A stretch of DNA of 64,000 bases from Paludibacteraceae bacterium (lineage in GTDB: Bacteria; Bacteroidota; Bacteroidia; Bacteroidales; Paludibacteraceae), in assembly GCA_024399655.1 (NCBI GenBank), contig JAKSNP010000006.1:6181-70180 (forward strand), read 5' to 3'. The first letter of the stretch is position 1. Every line of letters starts with the position of its first letter. The notes under the pieces are model-generated. The model did not search any database. It was given only the letters and a program-made list of their open reading frames with translations, and had not been told where the DNA came from. Position numbers and translations under genes: made by a program. This document shows positions 63,955-64,000 of this stretch, piece by piece.

Positions 63955-64000
63955 TATGGCGGGCCCTTGCGCCCGATGGAATTTAGGCTATGAATTACTG

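Overview
This window looks like a core, mostly housekeeping chromosomal segment of a Bacteroidota (Bacteroidales-like) genome. That inference rests on 18 promoter-like sites with the -33 TTTG / -7 TAnnTTTG architecture, a T9SS-associated gene, an rpmB-rpmG-DUF4295 trio and typical gene content. I call about 49 protein genes and one tRNA-Thr(CGU).

Gene content, left to right:
- A partial 2-hydroxyacid dehydrogenase, then a DUF2723-type GT-C-like membrane glycosyltransferase overlapping a COG0523 GTPase.
- rimP-nusA-infB, then an AT-rich lipoprotein gene, then groES-groEL.
- An exported OmpA-family protein with two zinc ribbons plus a partner gene, then rpmB-rpmG-DUF4295.
- A lipid kinase and a MurU-like gene, convergent with an AmgK-like kinase fused to a RapZ C-terminal domain.
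- Three tandem secreted TPR proteins, two of which end in retropepsin-like domains.
- dnaX, ygiQ and an M23 peptidase.
- A polysaccharide locus: GT2, S1/P1 nuclease, deacetylase-like, initiating sugar transferase, WbpB-like, two Wza-like and one Wzc-like gene.
- A DUF5103 (T9SS plug-like) gene, tRNA-Thr and a DUF1294 gene.
- A long minus-strand array: ftcD-hutU-hutH-hutI-folD-lysS-gpsA-pgi.
- An MMPL/RND transporter, a metallophosphoesterase, an AlkD-like gene, MmcQ/YjbR, a PNPOx-like gene and a 1207-aa C10 cysteine peptidase.

I see no rRNA, CRISPR, transposase or integrase, prophage or recognisable defence system. I cannot point to one clear-cut novel system.

The best second-look candidates are:
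- the TPR/retropepsin gene triad with one catalytic and one degenerate protease domain;
- the AmgK-RapZ(C) fusion next to murU;
- a set of 11-bp-phased degenerate tandem repeats in three intergenic sites flanking glycan genes;
- a 25-bp triplication of the ftcD 3' end;
- operator-like palindromes at two promoters.

All functional calls come from reading motifs by eye. No database search was run.
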